A stretch of DNA of 64,000 bases from Epithemia pelagica (Eukaryota; Protista; Bacillariophyta), in assembly GCA_946965045.2 (NCBI GenBank), contig OX337228.1, forward strand, positions 2,170,001-2,234,000, written 5' to 3'. Shown here in pieces: positions 61,907 to 64,000 of the stretch (position 1 is the stretch's first letter; every line of letters starts with the position of its first letter). Under the pieces are notes generated by a model. It ran no database searches and was not told the origin of the DNA. It saw only the letters and a program-made list of their open reading frames with translations. The position numbers and the translations under genes are program-made.

Positions 61907-64000
61907 ATGACCATGTCCTCCAATACAGGTGGTTCAACAGGGGATCCACCTGGAGGATTCTTCTCCCAACCAAGGTTGCTACGGACCCCATTTGGTCGTA
62001 TGCTTCAACACCTTAACATTCATCCTACGATTCCCTCACTGGATGACCAGGATTCGTCTCAAGAATTCAACGGTGCCCACCATGAACGAGTCGGCCCTAC
62101 AGCAGACACGGTGGTTTCAACGGATCCACCACCCATGGCATACGTCCCGCGAGTCACGGAAAGTACCGTCGCGTCCCGTCCCCATAATATTCATATTCCG
62201 TCGCAGCCACCATCCCCAGAGTCTCCACCTCAACGATACCGACCGGATCCGGATGCCTCTTTGTCGTCGGATCCTCTCAGTGGGTACAGTTCATATTCTC
62301 GAGAAGTCATCTTAAACGGTGGTGATCAGTCCGTGTACCAACGATCCGTCAGTTTTGCGGATACCATTGAAGCGGCAGAGGAGGCGCTCTACGATGCCGA
62401 CCTGTCTCCTGGTGGTAGTTTACTCGATGGCCGCCCTATCCCTACCGAGATCGTCACTCCTGGCCCTGGTCCAACCCCTACACCTGGTCTAGCCACACCA
62501 CCCAGTCCTCCCGGTCCTACTCCACCTCCTACTGTTACCCTCGGTGTGAATGAAGTCTATGTGAGGTATCAAAGCACCTCTCGTGATGTTTTAGCTGGCT
62601 TCGTGGTCCGTGGCGACTTTCACGGTGTGGCTCACCCCTATCTTCGTGGGTACATTGGGCCTGACCGATCGTCTCAACACTCGCACAAGAACTTCTACGC
62701 TGTGCGTCGGGGCTGGAACCCGGGCATCTATACCTCCTGGGGAGATGCCTGGGTCCGTATTGCCGATTTTCGCTCCCTTACAGGCGACTCTCCCGAGTTC
62801 GCAGGAGCGTCTACCTATGACGCCGCTGTGCGTTACCTGGGGTGGGACCCGCGCCTGTGTCCACCTCGCGGCCCGTTTCCACCTCTCCCATCCGTTCCCT
62901 ACACCCAAGGCCCTTGGCCTCGCCCTATTGCCACCTTCACTCCCGAGGTGGTGGTCTCTCCTGTCCCTGTGACGGCACCCGCTTCGACCGATACCGCCTC
63001 ATTGGCCGTGCGCCTGGAATCTACTCTCCGGGACGCCTCCGTTCCCCCGGACACAGTTGCTCGGGTTGTTCGTGCCTTCCATGGGACTGCGGATCCTCCT
63101 CCTCCTTTGCCTGGTGTTGTCGGTTCGGGGGGTGGCAATGGTTTTACCGAAACACCCAGTGGCAAACTGCGGAGAGAACAAAAAGGGTTCCCGGAATTTC
63201 CGGCTACCGCCTTTACGGGAGAGCTGTTCGATCAGTTTTACGAGGTTGTACGCAACATCTTGTACATGCCTCACTGGCACCTCTCAAACGGCAGTACGAT
63301 CACTAGTCACACGACAACTCCTGAGAACGATCATGACCGTCTTGTGTCGCAGCAACTCCACTACCATTTGGTGGTAGCAATACAAGCAAAACGTAACCCC
63401 GTTGCACTTGGAGTTCTTTCGGAGTTGCAATCTGAGAAGGCCTATGGGGATGGAATCGTCCTTCTTGAGCGGTTACGGGCTATAGCCTACCCAACAACGA
63501 CAAGCTCCTTCTTCCATGACCTAGACACGTGGCAACGTCTCTCCCATCGCAACAAAGAGGATCTCACCACGTTTTATCGTCGGGCTAAGGAGGCACGAGC
63601 CCGCCTCCAAACCCACAAATATGAAGTGACCGACCTACAGTTCCGTGTTCGCTTTTATTACCTAGTGGTAAAGGGGCCCTATGGGCATGCAATGCGAACT
63701 CTCGAGGAGGAGTTCAAGTGCAACCGATTGGATCTATTCAATATGACAACCCAGGAACTGTTCATTAGCATACACCAAGAGTTTCGCGAAAACTGCTATA
63801 AATCCCGTACCACAATGGAAGTCTTGGATGGGAAGAGCAGTGGTCAAGGCGGTATCAAGGCACGACGTGTATCATCAAGCGCAGACGAGGAGGAAGACTA
63901 CACGGTTGTTGGTCCAAGCCTGACGGCGAGTGAGGCTAAACAGCAACACAAGGACTACAAGTGTCTAATGTGCAAGATACTCCGCAAGGGAAACAAGAAA
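61907..64000 (+). CDS. Gag of the LTR retrotransposon (open to window end), with an RNase H1 N-terminal hybrid-binding domain
   Basis: Manual translation from ATG 61907 has no stop to 64000: Pro-rich region, KNFYAVRRGWNPGIYTSW (62687 onward), a helical capsid-like region (GDGIVLLERLRA...EDLTTFYRRA), and KCLMCK as the start of a zinc knuckle. Confidence 0.8.
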   Translation, partial: MTMSSNTGGSTGDPPGGFFSQPRLLRTPFGRMLQHLNIHPTIPSLDDQDSSQEFNGAHHERVGPTADTVVSTDPPPMAYVPRVTESTVASRPHNIHIPSQPPSPESPPQRYRPDPDASLSSDPLSGYSSYSREVILNGGDQSVYQRSVSFADTIEAAEEALYDADLSPGGSLLDGRPIPTEIVTPGPGPTPTPGLATPPSPPGPTPPPTVTLGVNEVYVRYQSTSRDVLAGFVVRGDFHGVAHPYLRGYIGPDRSSQHSHKNFYAVRRGWNPGIYTSWGDAWVRIADFRSLTGDSPEFAGASTYDAAVRYLGWDPRLCPPRGPFPPLPSVPYTQGPWPRPIATFTPEVVVSPVPVTAPASTDTASLAVRLESTLRDASVPPDTVARVVRAFHGTADPPPPLPGVVGSGGGNGFTETPSGKLRREQKGFPEFPATAFTGELFDQFYEVVRNILYMPHWHLSNGSTITSHTTTPENDHDRLVSQQLHYHLVVAIQAKRNPVALGVLSELQSEKAYGDGIVLLERLRAIAYPTTTSSFFHDLDTWQRLSHRNKEDLTTFYRRAKEARARLQTHKYEVTDLQFRVRFYYLVVKGPYGHAMRTLEEEFKCNRLDLFNMTTQELFISIHQEFRENCYKSRTTMEVLDGKSSGQGGIKARRVSSSADEEEDYTVVGPSLTASEAKQQHKDYKCLMCKILRKGNKK

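Noticed and set aside
1-64000. tRNA, rRNA or snRNA genes
   Set aside because: No cloverleaf with a GTTCGA T-loop plus acceptor stem and no rRNA-like segment was found by eye; a tRNAscan-SE/Infernal run would be needed to exclude small ncRNAs.

Overview
Eukaryotic, intron-containing, gene-dense DNA. The short GT-AG introns, signal-peptide/ASAFAP-type targeting and Copia-type element point to a diatom, probably a raphid pennate; this is an inference and the species cannot be named. Host genes: divergent ALDH, adrenodoxin-type ferredoxin, ankyrin protein, HSF, SAM methyltransferase, protein kinase, organelle-targeted GlnRS, ARFRP1-like GTPase, ArfGAP, double NmrA protein, ATG13, SRP40/Nopp140, RPS20, STT3 and several hypotheticals. 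An 18-kb transposon island spans 11068-29333. It holds (i) a complete but decayed PIF/Harbinger element with 34-bp TIRs and a TTA TSD; (ii) a compound TA-flanked element (14675-29333) carrying an intact IS5/PHIS-type DDE transposase plus three accessory ORFs, bracketed by two quasi-palindromic 10-bp-period TGTGGAT/ATCCACA arrays; and (iii) a young Ngaro-type tyrosine-recombinase retrotransposon (A1-gag-RT/RH-YR-B1-A2-B2) nested in the right arm of (ii), with gag and pol in one frame separated by TGA-CAA-TTT, a readthrough-like context. Elsewhere there is a solo A-B relic of a related YR element (~36400), nested MITEs (48130-49530), and, at the right edge, the 5' LTR and gag of a Copia-type element whose Gag carries an RNase H1 hybrid-binding (Cauli_VI-like) domain. 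All assignments come from motif recognition by eye. No database search was run, so novelty claims are untested.
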